Position numbers and translations under genes: made by a program. The notes below the pieces were generated by a model. It saw only the letters and a program-made list of their open reading frames with translations, did not search any database and was not told the DNA's origin. A stretch of DNA of 64,000 bases from Candidatus Bathyarchaeota archaeon (lineage in GTDB: Archaea > Thermoproteota > Bathyarchaeia > Bathyarchaeales > Bathycorpusculaceae). The DNA lies in the NCBI GenBank assembly GCA_963733095.1, contig CAVTBV010000012.1, positions 59,915 to 123,914 on the forward strand, written 5' to 3'. This document shows, piece by piece, positions 52,542 through 62,671 of the stretch (position 1 is its first letter; the number at the start of each line of letters is the position of its first letter).

Positions 52542-53615
52542 TTGCAGAAAAAGAAACGTGATACAAGAGCTTTTATCGTAGAGAAATATTTGGTTTGGTT
52601 GGTACTAAGAATCTGCATTCTTGTTTTTCTCTTCGTGCTGCTGGAGAGCAGTTATAGAGAAGGGGCATTCTACATCTTCGGAACGGCAGAAATTCAAACA
52701 ACAATCTACATGGTTCTGCAAAAGATTTTATTCTCCGGGTTAGTGTGGTTTTTCTTAGCAGTTTCCAAAAAAATTATTGTTCCAGCAGTAATACTCTCTA
52801 TTTCTCCTGTAGTTGGAAAAGTAGTAAGAGACCCTCGCTCCAGAAGTAGAACTGTCAAATCAACAAATCGATATCTAACCTACATAGTCTACTTCACTGC
52901 AATAGCGGCTCTTGTCTTAATTTGGGCTTACTCATTTATAGGCGCATGGATCGCCGGGTTTCTTGGAACTGGGATGATTGTTACATTAACCTTCATTCTT
53001 GGCTTGTTCACATCTAGCGTTCTTGGCAACGTCTTAGCATACAGTGTTCTTGAGGGGACAAGCGAATTCAAGACCGGCGACAGAGTGCAGATTGGCGAAA
53101 GCTACGGGGACATAGTTGAGGTAGGTGTGTTTTACACAAGAATCAAAACGATAAAAGATGAAGTAATCAGCATTCCAAACTTGATTGTGATGAACAAAGA
53201 GATGAAAAATTTTAGTGCCTTAAAAGAAGTCTTGATTTATGTATCAGTCTCCTTAGGTTATGACGTTGATAAGGATCAGGCTAAAAGAATCTTAATCGAA
53301 AGTGCCGAAAAAACCAGAGGAATCTTAACAACAAACCAAAAACCAACTGATGCTCTAGGAGACATTGAAAGTGAGGAAAAAACGGAAGGACTCTTGAAAG
53401 ATAGAAAACCATTCGTTTTGCTAAAAGATCTTGGAAACTATTCAGTAACTTATGAAATTAATGCCTACACTGACCAGCCTAATTCACTTATCAACATAAA
53501 AAGCGAACTTATTGACAATATTCTGAATGAATTTAAAAAAGCAGACATAGAGATATTATCACCATTTCATGTTGCTCAACGACAATATCCCAAAGTTGCT
53601 GCTGTGGAAACCTAA
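52542..53615 (+). CDS. MscS-family mechanosensitive channel
   Basis: FKTGDRVQIG...GDIVE....YTRIKT...E.ISIPN, NFS, VSLGYDV, V.YEINAYT. Confidence 0.88.
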   Translation: MQKKKRDTRAFIVEKYLVWLVLRICILVFLFVLLESSYREGAFYIFGTAEIQTTIYMVLQKILFSGLVWFFLAVSKKIIVPAVILSISPVVGKVVRDPRSRSRTVKSTNRYLTYIVYFTAIAALVLIWAYSFIGAWIAGFLGTGMIVTLTFILGLFTSSVLGNVLAYSVLEGTSEFKTGDRVQIGESYGDIVEVGVFYTRIKTIKDEVISIPNLIVMNKEMKNFSALKEVLIYVSVSLGYDVDKDQAKRILIESAEKTRGILTTNQKPTDALGDIESEEKTEGLLKDRKPFVLLKDLGNYSVTYEINAYTDQPNSLINIKSELIDNILNEFKKADIEILSPFHVAQRQYPKVAAVET

Positions 53616-53869
53616 TAATATATGCGTGGGACCCTAAAGGTGAGAGATAATTAGTCATTAAGTGTACAAAGCAAGGAAAAGCAGTAGCTATTTTTCATCT
53701 AACAATTAACAATAGAACGTTTTGACTACCAACGCACATCTTCTCTCACACTACCTAACAAATCTCTTATTACGCTGCCCAATTCACGACTACCCAAAAC
53801 AATTAAATTAAAATTTTCTTGCCTTGCCAACTTAATTATAACCCATCCGGTTTACCATATTCAAGACTC

Positions 53870-54162
53870 TTGTCAATATCAACACCTCCATTTCAGCTGC
53901 CGAATCCAAGAGCGCGCTCTTCTAAGTTTACACGTGAAGAATACACGGTTTCTGGAAAAAACTTGGTTGACCGGGTTGGGGAACTTTTGCGTAAGGGAAA
54001 TGTGACGCGGGTAATCGTTAAGGATGAAGCAGGTAAAACTTTGCTAGAGATTCCAGCGACGGTGAGTGTGGTTGGAGTTGTTGTGGCTTCTTGCCTGGCA
54101 GCGTTAGGTGTGTTGCTGCTTTGGTTACAAACTGCAAAATTGGGGTTGAAATAAGAGAATAA
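53870..54162 (+). pseudogene. DUF4342 family gene, frameshifted and degenerate
   Basis: EEYTVSG.NLVDRV.ELL..GNVTRVIVK....TLLEIPAT; ALVTNCKI.VE in a shifted frame. Confidence 0.7.
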
Positions 54163-54169
54163 GATTTGT

Positions 54170-54370
54170 TTATTCTGGCGGTTTAACCAGAAGCAGAAAA
54201 ACGCCCAATAGCAAAAGAATAGCGCTCAGGGCCCCGAAGAGCACGTTAAATGGCCCTAAATCGGCGGTTGTAGCTGTAAAATAGAGCATAACTGCACCGA
54301 TAACTATCAAGAGTAATCCGAAGAGTCTTTCAGCTAAAGATACCCAGAATGTATCGCCTTCTTCACTCAT
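54170..54370 (-). CDS. Small 2-TM membrane protein
   Basis: Two hydrophobic helices; SD-like AGGAAG upstream. Confidence 0.6.
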   Translation of the reverse strand: MSEEGDTFWVSLAERLFGLLLIVIGAVMLYFTATTADLGPFNVLFGALSAILLLLGVFLLLVKPPE

Positions 54371-54536
54371 GTCTTGTTTTCTTCCTTGCGTCTTTTCTTA
54401 TGCGTTTCTTTCATATAAACAAGAGGAGTTATTTTAAATTTTGGTGTGAAAATAAGGGATAATTAAAAAGTACATCTATGAGCATAAATACATTACATTT
54501 ATAAAAAATAAGAGCAATTAGAGGGTGTTTTTGGTA

Positions 54537-54930
54537 ATGGTAATTGAAAACAGCGTATCCATTAAATCTATACCAAATAATCAGGTAAAAGACTATTTTA
54601 TGTCATTGCACAACAATAAATCGGACACAAAGTAGAATTATGGCGCCATGATTGGGTCTTTCGTCGACTTTTTGGAAAACAAGGGCATAGAACGCTTTGA
54701 AGATGGAACAAAACTGATGTTTGTCAGTTTCTCTCAACTAAACGATCACAAAAAACAAGAAACCTGTACATTTTCATAATTAAGATCTTCTAAGATTATC
54801 TGGGGAAAAAGGAATTAGTCGAATATCTTTACCAAAAACCAGTGAAAGGGGCGATTACTCATCAGAATTGCTAACACCTGAAGAAGTCATGAAATTAGCG
54901 ACGGAAGAGGGCAGAAGGCGAAAGATGAAC
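54537..54930 (+). pseudogene. Degraded N-terminal part of a tyrosine recombinase
   Basis: Fragments T..NY...I..F..FL, KTDV.QFL, T.NLY...IK.F..YLG and ELLTPEEVMKL across stops and frameshifts. Confidence 0.5.
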
Positions 54931-54982
54931 AAGAGCAAATGCATTAGGCGTGAGCTGGTTATTCTCTGCAGATCAAGCCGAC

Positions 54983-56137
54983 TTATAATTCTGTCCCGTT
55001 CCAAAATATCACTTTGTTGTAATGAACCGTGCTGGATTGCAAACTGTCTTCGTAGACTACGTCAAGATTTGGTCCATACTGCTTTAGCAAAATCGTCACG
55101 TTGCCCCATACGCTAGCTGAAAGGTTGTCTGCGGGCCACAGACCCCAAATTGTGTCGTTTGGCCCTCTAAAACCAAACCCGTAACCTGCTGGGAGCACAT
55201 ACGCTATTCGGTTTTGAACAAGGTTTTGTGGTTGTGGATTTGTATTTATGTAATTCCAGAATTGCTTCATCGCGTTAAGCTGGTCGGGTTGCAGAATGTT
55301 TTCAGTATAGTTCAGGTTGCTGTCAAAGACCAAGATGAATTTGGCTCCATTTTGGTAAGCATACACCATGTCGTCGTATAGTTGAGTTGCATTTTCTAAG
55401 TAGGGCGCCTGGGTATATGTATCTGTTATCATTACACCCCAGTCCTCATTGCTCATTGTGGCTGCTCCGCGGCACAGCGCAAGCTGAAGGGGCGTACTCA
55501 AGTTATAAGCGAATTCTGCTAAGACCACATCGTAGCCTCCTTGGTAGTCAAATTCATAAAGGGCGTAATCAGATGTCATCAGAGGAATAGCATCAAATTT
55601 GAAAACTGCCAAGTCCTGGTTAAGGGCAATGACAAACTTGTTAGCGGCGTCGGTGTAGTTGTCTGCTTGCTGCACAAGCATCAAAGATATGTTACCATTT
55701 TCAACTGAAGATCTGGCGCGGTCTATCTGTGCGCCTCCAGCTTCATCATAGGGAAACAACCCCCAGAAACGGTTTCCCCAAGTTTGCTTAGCCTGAATTA
55801 CCCATTGAGTCTGGTTGAAGGCTTCGGGGTTTATATGCCAGAAGGGTGCAAAGGTCAGTCCGCTATTATTGATGTACTGACAAACTCCGTTAAGCTCAGA
55901 CATGTTGTAGGTTATTACTGTACTGCCAACAACGATAAAATTAGTGTAGCTGCTAACTTGGTTTACAAGTTCTTCAAAGCTTCGCACGTCTGAGAATGCT
56001 ATGTCAAGTCCGAAATAAACATCTGGAGTGTATTTCGTTGGTTGACTTGCAATGTGGATGCCCGCCACTACCCCAATCAGCAATATGACAAGCAAAATTA
56101 TTAGAAGATATATGTGTAATCTTTTCATCCACATCAC
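54983..56137 (-). CDS. Membrane-anchored extracellular hypothetical protein (possible glycoside-hydrolase-like barrel)
   Basis: N-terminal TM helix; aromatic-rich; YDEAGG, TSDYALY.FDY..GYDVVLAEF, ALCRGAA...WGVMIT. Confidence 0.65.
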   Translation of the reverse strand: MMWMKRLHIYLLIILLVILLIGVVAGIHIASQPTKYTPDVYFGLDIAFSDVRSFEELVNQVSSYTNFIVVGSTVITYNMSELNGVCQYINNSGLTFAPFWHINPEAFNQTQWVIQAKQTWGNRFWGLFPYDEAGGAQIDRARSSVENGNISLMLVQQADNYTDAANKFVIALNQDLAVFKFDAIPLMTSDYALYEFDYQGGYDVVLAEFAYNLSTPLQLALCRGAATMSNEDWGVMITDTYTQAPYLENATQLYDDMVYAYQNGAKFILVFDSNLNYTENILQPDQLNAMKQFWNYINTNPQPQNLVQNRIAYVLPAGYGFGFRGPNDTIWGLWPADNLSASVWGNVTILLKQYGPNLDVVYEDSLQSSTVHYNKVIFWNGTEL

Positions 56138-56673
56138 AATTTATGAAGAAAATAATCTTTGACTTCTTTACGCTCACTACCTTTAGAGCACTCATTTATC
56201 CTTAAAATATTTTGTTTTTGAGCACACACTTAAAAAACCAGAAATAGTTCCGTTTGAAGGCTTCAACGAACTTTAGTCCAGAGTCCAAATTTTTTAGGCT
56301 TAAAAAACTGCAAATACCATATGCACTATGTTTATCCAGATATAATTATCCTGACAATTATTAACATAATTCTTAATTATCTTGGAAGTAAGAAAACAAA
56401 AACCCAACAATTATCCACCATTTTGTCACCATAATTTTAAATTATTCCATAATTTTTGTGGTTGTACGTTTGCGCGTGGATTTGAAAGTGGATAAACCCA
56501 AGGTTGATTTGCCAGCCTAAGCATTTTCGATAGTTTGGATGGCTGAAAAAACTCTAATGCCGCTTCCATACTGGTTTGTGCAATGAACCATTATTAGGAT
56601 CCAAATATGAGTGTAGCAAAACTACACATGTCCCAAAAGTTATTATCCTATACCAAACTTTTAGGCTGGTGCC

Positions 56674-57952
56674 ATGATGAGAGAAAAAGCTAAAGAATGG
56701 CTAAAAATTGGCACCTTAACAGACGAATGGATTAAAGCATCCTATGACAGTTCAGACGCTCAAAGTGTTTGGAAATATCATGATCGAATGAACACTTTTT
56801 TGGAATTTGTGGGCTTAACGGATGTAGAGTTTATTGAGGGTTTCAAGCGGTCAAAGGATCGTTTAGAGTGGGCTAAACAGACAGGTGCCAAAGTCATAGC
56901 GTTCTACAATGATCGGGTGCAAAGGGGTTATGCAACCAACACAGTTAGAGCAGAAGTTTCCACGGTTAGAGCCTTCTGCCGAGACAATGCCACCACACTG
57001 ATCATTCAGCGTCGGAAAATAGCTAAAGCCAAAAGCGCAAAGGGAGAACATGAGTTCACACGCGAAGAATTAGCCAAGATGTTCTACGTTGGCGATGTCA
57101 GAGGCAAAGCAGTCTTAAGCACTGCAGTAAGTTTAGGTTTCAGCGTGGAAGATTTCTCTGAGCTAAAAAGAGAATACATTGAGGGGTTAGTGAACAAGGC
57201 TTTAACGGAAAAGATTGACTTTATCGGGTTCGACTATGAACGGGGAAAAACAGGGGTTGAATCAAGAAGCCACTTGACACCTGAAGCAGTTAACAGCCTC
57301 AAAGCATGGTTTGAATACATTGACACAAAGAGAGCCGAAAAAGGTCTACCTAAAAGTGAGTGGGTTTGGTGCAATGGTAACGGTGGGCACCTAAACGAGC
57401 AGACACTAAACGACATTGTAAAAGACTTGGTGAAGAAAGCCAATATTTCAGTCACAGGAAAGCTAAGGTTTCACTTATTGCGCAAGTTCTTAATGAGTAG
57501 CCTTCATGATGCTGGGTTTGACAGTTGGGAAACGAAAAGAGCGTTAGGCAAAGAAATTCCCACAAGCGATTCTACTTATCTTAGAGGGTTAAGCCGAAAA
57601 GTAACTGAAAAATTCCCTCAAGCTTACTCGTACATTCGGTTAAGTGGGTTCGCTAACCACAATGGAACAAAACTTGAGGAAATGCAGGCTAAAATCCAAC
57701 AGTTAGAGATCGCTCAGGAACAGTTGACGCTTCAGAATCAAGCACTTCTCAGGAATGATCGAGTTTGCTATTCCTAAAGAAACCATGAAAAAAGCAATCT
57801 ATGAAGCAGCCAAAACACTACCCGATATGAACGAAAACAAACTTGAGCAAATACGAGTTAACTTACAATCTACTCAGAATCCATCAGAAATGCTGAACAC
57901 CTTGAGAAACATACAAACAATTGGGCAAGTCAGAATAAACGTGCGATCTTAA
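56674..57952 (+). CDS. Tyrosine recombinase/integrase-like protein with atypical active site; probable +1 frameshift near 57754 separating a C-terminal tail (57755-57952)
   Basis: SAM-like N-domain (TVRAEVSTVRAF), FTREEL.KM, RGKTG, RFHLLRKF (HxxR), LGK, STY. Confidence 0.8.
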
Positions 57953-58052
57953 GTTTTATTAGTTCTTATAATTGTATTTTTTATTAGAAATTCAATTCTT
58001 ATTAAAAACTTAAAAGGTCAACTCTGGATAAAGGATATGGGAAGGAAAACTT

Positions 58053-58604
58053 ATGGTTGACCTCTTAAACGTATCATTAGCAGTAATAGCTATTTTTTCA
58101 GCTTTATTTGTAGCATTATCCGAAGGCTTTAAAATTACACTCGGCTTTCGAGGTTCTGAAGAAACTCGACAAAGGAAAGAGCGGATTGATATCAAACTGC
58201 ACCGCGAGCTTAATGATGAAATTGAAGATTTCTTGTCAAGTGATGCATGTCGAGGTGGAAGTCCAGATCGCATTATAGGAATTCAAGATTTAGGTTTCAA
58301 GGCAATGCTCGCTGAGGATGCAGCTAATGACTTAATAACTCGCTCAGACAAAAGCATGAAGAATGCAATCAAGAACTTGTTAGCTGGAACTTTGATATTG
58401 TTTGTCACAGTGGCGGTTCTTATTAGTGTGGATTTTACACAACTTGATAATTTAATATTTGCTGGAGTTTATGTTGGCATTACCGCTTTTCTTTTTTGGA
58501 GATTTGCTTCAAGCACAATGAAATCACTTCATTATAGAGAGCAGCTTATCACACTTGACGATGAGCCGACACTACAAAAAGCTGAAGAAGTTGACCTTGA
58601 ATAA
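58053..58604 (+). CDS. Hypothetical membrane protein (3 TM)
   Basis: Hydrophobic N-terminus and two C-terminal TM helices. Confidence 0.7.
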   Translation: MVDLLNVSLAVIAIFSALFVALSEGFKITLGFRGSEETRQRKERIDIKLHRELNDEIEDFLSSDACRGGSPDRIIGIQDLGFKAMLAEDAANDLITRSDKSMKNAIKNLLAGTLILFVTVAVLISVDFTQLDNLIFAGVYVGITAFLFWRFASSTMKSLHYREQLITLDDEPTLQKAEEVDLE

Positions 58605-58859
58605 AGCCGTATATTAGCCCTTCACCCTCTTATCTAAGTTGAGCTTCGAGCTTTTTCGACAAAATTTTGTGGGTTTGAACCCTTGAGGGTTCATGATAAG
58701 CCCATGGTGAAAAGTTAGGATAGTACAACTGAAACTGTATTTTTTCTATTGACATCTTAGTATGTTATCGCGCACAAACAACCCTTTGCAAGCACGGAAA
58801 AGAAAACCAACGAACAAGCCTCAACACCCAAACAAAACCCAAAACAAACCTCTTCGCCC

Positions 58860-58918
58860 CCGATGGGTCAAAATCTGCGCTCAGGGAGTCGAAATGGGTA
58901 CCCATTTTATGTAGTGTC
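58860..58918 (+). repeat. ~60-bp repeat copy R1 with 16-bp palindrome AAATGGGTACCCATTT (58892-58907)
   Basis: About three quarters identical by manual alignment to R2 (59276-59334). Confidence 0.75.
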
Positions 58919-58963
58919 CAATGAACGTTCAGTTTTTTAAAACGGTGCTTTAGTTTAATGTGC

Positions 58964-59107
58964 CTAACTTGTTACATGAAAATGACGTTTACATTCGGGA
59001 CATTGGTAGGATTTAATGTGAAACACACAGTTTTCGATTTCCTTTTCATGGTTTGTGACTTCACTTCCGCAGCTTGGGCATTTAACAATCAAAAAATATT
59101 CAGTCAT
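58964..59107 (-). CDS. 47-aa zinc-ribbon microprotein
   Basis: MTEYFLIVKCPSCG...EIENCVF..KSYQCPECKRHFHVTS. Confidence 0.7.
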   Translation of the reverse strand: MTEYFLIVKCPSCGSEVTNHEKEIENCVFHIKSYQCPECKRHFHVTS

Positions 59108-59275
59108 TACGGTTCATCTATGGTAGAATGCAGTTTTGTAATTTGAAGTCTTGTGAGAACATTATGATACAACAACTCCATACAATCGAAAAACAAGTGC
59201 ATCCAATGGAAAAGCGTTCACATGGAATAGCGGAAAAGATCGCACCACATCCAAACAACAAAACTCTACTCCCCT

Positions 59276-59334
59276 CCGATGGGTTCAAATACGCGTAAGC
59301 AACGTCGAATGGGGTACCCATTTTTCGTGGTGTC
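59276..59334 (+). repeat. ~60-bp repeat copy R2
   Basis: CCGATGGGT...GTCGAA..GGGTACCCATTTT..GT.GTGTC, 416 bp after R1. Confidence 0.75.
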
Positions 59335-59764
59335 GCTATCAGAATTAGGTTTTCTAATTGACAAGATAAATATTGAAAATCCTAATGCCCGCGATATTTT
59401 CTAAGTGCGAGAGTTGCTGCTCTATCAGGGGGATGATGTCGCCGTCCCAACCTTAGGGCAAAGTAGTTCTTCCGAGGGAAGTTATCCCTATATTCTTATT
59501 GTTGGCGTCTAGATAAAAGCTTTCATATCTTAGCATTCGTGGGCACAACGCATGTACAACTAAATTTTACAAACTGTTCTAGTTTACATATACCCAACTT
59601 ATAGAGGCAGGAAAAATTCGCGAATAATCCATTTAAGTGCAGCAAATCAAGCATTAGAAATTTTGTGAATAAAATGTTTCAATTGTTACGTCTCATGCTA
59701 CAAAAATTATAATAATATAATTCATAGTAATATTATGAGCATATAATGTGCTTGAAGGAATAGG

Positions 59765-60856
59765 ATGATTGTAAAACGTAATCTTTTAAGAATTACGATT
59801 GCTATTCTTATTCTCACCAGCTTGTTTTTATCACTTAATATTGACTCGGTTTTAGCTCAAAAAGACAGCAATAATGGTATAACAGTGACAATTAATACAT
59901 CAAATGGCGAAATCAAATATGATAAGCCGCTCATAATCCAAGGAGTTGTTTATAATACAACGACATATGAACCAACTAGGGCAACGATTGTAATACAAAT
60001 TTTAAAGGATAATACGGTTTTATACACAGCAACAACCGTTTCCTCATTACCAGACGGCAAGTATCAAGATCAGGGATATTGTGTTTGTCAAACAGGTACT
60101 CTCCAAATTACAGTATTAGCAACTTCACAAGGATATAATGCAAGCGCATCAACAACTGTTGTTTCAGAATATTATAAAACGATTTTTGACTTATTGATTG
60201 TCTATTTGATTCCATTTATACTATTGTCTGCTTCAGTAATCGTCTTCGTAATTGCGATTGTGAGTCAGACGGCTGCTAAAAAGAATAAACACGTGAAACA
60301 ATTGGGGCTTGATTCTGGCAAAGTATTTGTCGCTATTATGTTTGTACTTCTTTCTCTCCTCACAGCTAGCATTGTCGCTTTCTTTCTTTTTGTTCCTAGT
60401 CAAATCGGAGCAAGTAGTCCAATCGGGCTAGTTGTAAACTCTAATGGAAATGAAACTCAATGGGTGGTAAACCTTGGGGGACAGAGAACTATAGAATCCT
60501 CGCAATACCTTGGAGGAATTCAAATCCCAGTATATGTTTTAGTTATGAGTTTTCTCGGCGCTTATGTATTTTTCCTAACAAAAATCCGAACTCTTTTAGA
60601 AATACCCAACGGAAATGACTTGACTAAGCAATCATTGGAGTACTTAGCGCGTTTCTTCATTGCTCCTCTATTAGCAATTGCATTGTTTCTAGTTCTTTGG
60701 CAATTGGAAGTTAGGGGTACTTTCATTTTGGGTGCGGTGAGTTTTGCTACTGGCTTAATAATCGAGCTTGTAACCGACAAAATATTAGAATTCGCTAAAA
60801 ACGTAATTGGTGTCAAAGAAACTCCTAAAACTAACATTATTACAAAAAAGCCTTAG
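59765..60856 (+). CDS. Signal peptide + Ig-like domain + multi-TM membrane protein
   Basis: Beta-rich ectodomain; TM region with SFLGAY, RFFIAPLLA and AVSFATGL. Confidence 0.7.
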   Translation: MIVKRNLLRITIAILILTSLFLSLNIDSVLAQKDSNNGITVTINTSNGEIKYDKPLIIQGVVYNTTTYEPTRATIVIQILKDNTVLYTATTVSSLPDGKYQDQGYCVCQTGTLQITVLATSQGYNASASTTVVSEYYKTIFDLLIVYLIPFILLSASVIVFVIAIVSQTAAKKNKHVKQLGLDSGKVFVAIMFVLLSLLTASIVAFFLFVPSQIGASSPIGLVVNSNGNETQWVVNLGGQRTIESSQYLGGIQIPVYVLVMSFLGAYVFFLTKIRTLLEIPNGNDLTKQSLEYLARFFIAPLLAIALFLVLWQLEVRGTFILGAVSFATGLIIELVTDKILEFAKNVIGVKETPKTNIITKKP

Positions 60857-61060
60857 GATCCACTTATCTTTCCTAAAGAACAAATAAAACAAATTTTTGT
60901 GCAAAAACAGAGCCCTTGGGTGCGAGGAGGGTGCCCTTTGGGGCGGTATGGTCGACTTTTTATGTTTTCTTTCCTAAGTCTTTTTTTTCTATGACGGCGG
61001 AAAAGGAGATTTAGGGGGTCAAAGGAAGAGTGTATTGTCATTTCATTTATTCCTAAGAGA

Positions 61061-61120
61061 CGGTGGGTGAATTCTACGCTACGGGCATAGAAGAGGGCGT
61101 CGGGGTCGAGGTTACTCCCT
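61061..61120 (+). repeat. Degenerate third copy R3 of the island repeat
   Basis: CGGTGGGTGAATTCTACGCT versus R1 CGATGGGTCAAAATCTGCGCT, followed by GGGGTCGAGGTTACTCCC. Confidence 0.4.
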
Positions 61121-61298
61121 CAGGTCAGCTGAGAGCGTTATTTGGCAAGTGAAACTTTGCTAGTTAAAACTCATTGAAATATTAAATAATTAAAATTAGC
61201 ATATATTATATTTACATAAAAAATTAGAAAAAGTTTTAAATTGAAAGGCTCTGTTAACCATACTTAGATTTCTAATCAATTTTATAGGAGGTGAAAAA

Positions 61299-61784
61299 TT
61301 GACTAAAACTTTTATTCTATGGGTTCATGGAGCATCAGTTATACCCGAATATACAAAGGCATTTACGGGACATGACTACGGATTGTACTTGCGCCCAACT
61401 GGTTACGGCTCAATAGTAAAACAGAAGGTAGGTACAGACAACTGGTTTCATTTCGCGATTCCTTCTGGAAGTAAACTCTGTGGTATTCCTGGTGATGCTC
61501 GGGTATCGCTTCAAGAAGCGTTTGTACGATTCAAAATTAACACTGGGGCTGTCATAAAACAAATTACAGTTCACGAAAATGATCATCCAAACAGCAGTAG
61601 CCCAAGAATTTTTGACTCTGGTTCAATCTCAATTACGGGACAAGATACTGAATATGCCATCCCGATTGTTCCTTATAAAATATGCACAGGTCCTATTGTG
61701 ATATGTGTATATGTCCATTGGGAAGCTGATAACGGCGAAGTTTTGTTCACTGGTGCAGGTGCACGCTTTGAAGCCACCGAATAA
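61299..61784 (+). CDS. DUF6623-like beta-sandwich protein
   Basis: WVHG.SV..E...G......NWFHFAIP pattern; SD GGAGGTG and TTG start. Confidence 0.6.
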   Translation: MTKTFILWVHGASVIPEYTKAFTGHDYGLYLRPTGYGSIVKQKVGTDNWFHFAIPSGSKLCGIPGDARVSLQEAFVRFKINTGAVIKQITVHENDHPNSSSPRIFDSGSISITGQDTEYAIPIVPYKICTGPIVICVYVHWEADNGEVLFTGAGARFEATE

Positions 61785-61794
61785 AGCAAATCAA

Positions 61795-61847
61795 TGGTGG
61801 CGGAGTAAAATGGTTAAGGCTTAACGAGATGATTACTCCGTTCACCA
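61795..61847. other. Bulged hairpin immediately after the DUF6623-like gene (terminator or recombination site)
   Basis: TGGTG/CACCA, CGGAGTAA/TTACTCCG and GTTAA/TTAAC. Confidence 0.55.
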
Positions 61848-62226
61848 CCTCATTCTTTTGGTAAGTTAGTGCGCGATTCGGTTATTTGTATGATAGAAAG
61901 GCAAAATAGGCTCAAATTAGCCCTAAAATAGCGATATCGTTGGATGTTAGCTCATGTTTTTGAGTTTAACTTATGGATTCTGGAAATATTTTTTTGAGCT
62001 AATCTAACCAGTTTTTAGATTCTCCTTGTGTCGATTTATGCAGGAAACTCACTGTTAGCTATTGTAATTCTTAAAATCTCTTCGCTCAACATTTTTCTTG
62101 CTTGACATTTTATTCCATCGCTTGGTATTATCGGTGGGTGATCGTATTCAGTCCAAAAGACTATTTTTAACAGTGTTAGATTTGGGGCATCCATTATTTT
62201 TTCGCATAAACAGCTTTCTGGAAGAT

Positions 62227-62560
62227 TTAGGCGCAGTTTGAGCAGAAATAATGTTTGGATATTAGACCTTTTGAGATTGCACAATCCTTGCAAAGTGGTT
62301 TTAAGCATTTTTCACAGACTTTTGCATGTTCATCACATACTAATTTTTCGCATTCGACTCATACATTAGTTGGAAAATCTTCGCATGGTCTATCTAAGAA
62401 CTTTGTTTTTGAGCATTTCAGTTCATCGAGCACTAATTCTCCTGAATATCCCAAATAATCTCTTTTGAATTGTTTTGGAGAGTTTGGAAGCTTGTAACTT
62501 AAATGGAAAATTGGAACTGCAAAAACACCCAAGGAACCCAGTTCTAAAATATCTTTTTTC
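62227..62560 (-). pseudogene. Remnant with a Cys-rich multi-zinc-finger C-terminus and in-frame TGA at 62359-62361
   Basis: ...PC.DF.TNV*VECEKLVCDEHAKVCEKC.KPLCKDC.....HYFCSNCA*; no start codon found. Confidence 0.55.
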
Positions 62561-62671
62561 TTAAGTGAGAGGTGGTTTGAACGATTTGAATGAACTGTGG
62601 CAAATCTTAAGTGGACTCGTCTCTTATTGCATATATCAAATTGGATTAAACACCGAATAAAGTGATGTTAC

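Noticed and set aside
56330-56460. Repeated AATTAT/TTATCC hexamers upstream of the integrase as iterons or origin boxes
   Set aside because: Short, irregularly spaced and expected in very AT-rich DNA; no ORB motif or orc1/cdc6 nearby
60853-61041. Basic 62-aa ORF on the minus strand
   Set aside because: No family signal; overlaps GC-rich repeat-like DNA and is probably spurious
58860-61120. R1-R3 as a CRISPR array or as canonical integron attC sites
   Set aside because: Too long, too divergent and irregularly spaced for CRISPR, with no cas genes; no RYYYAAC/GTTRRRY cores, and the recombinase lacks a recognisable IntI patch
62359-62361. Selenocysteine recoding
   Set aside because: The gene is fragmentary upstream, no SECIS or Sec machinery is visible, and a single-base nonsense change suffices
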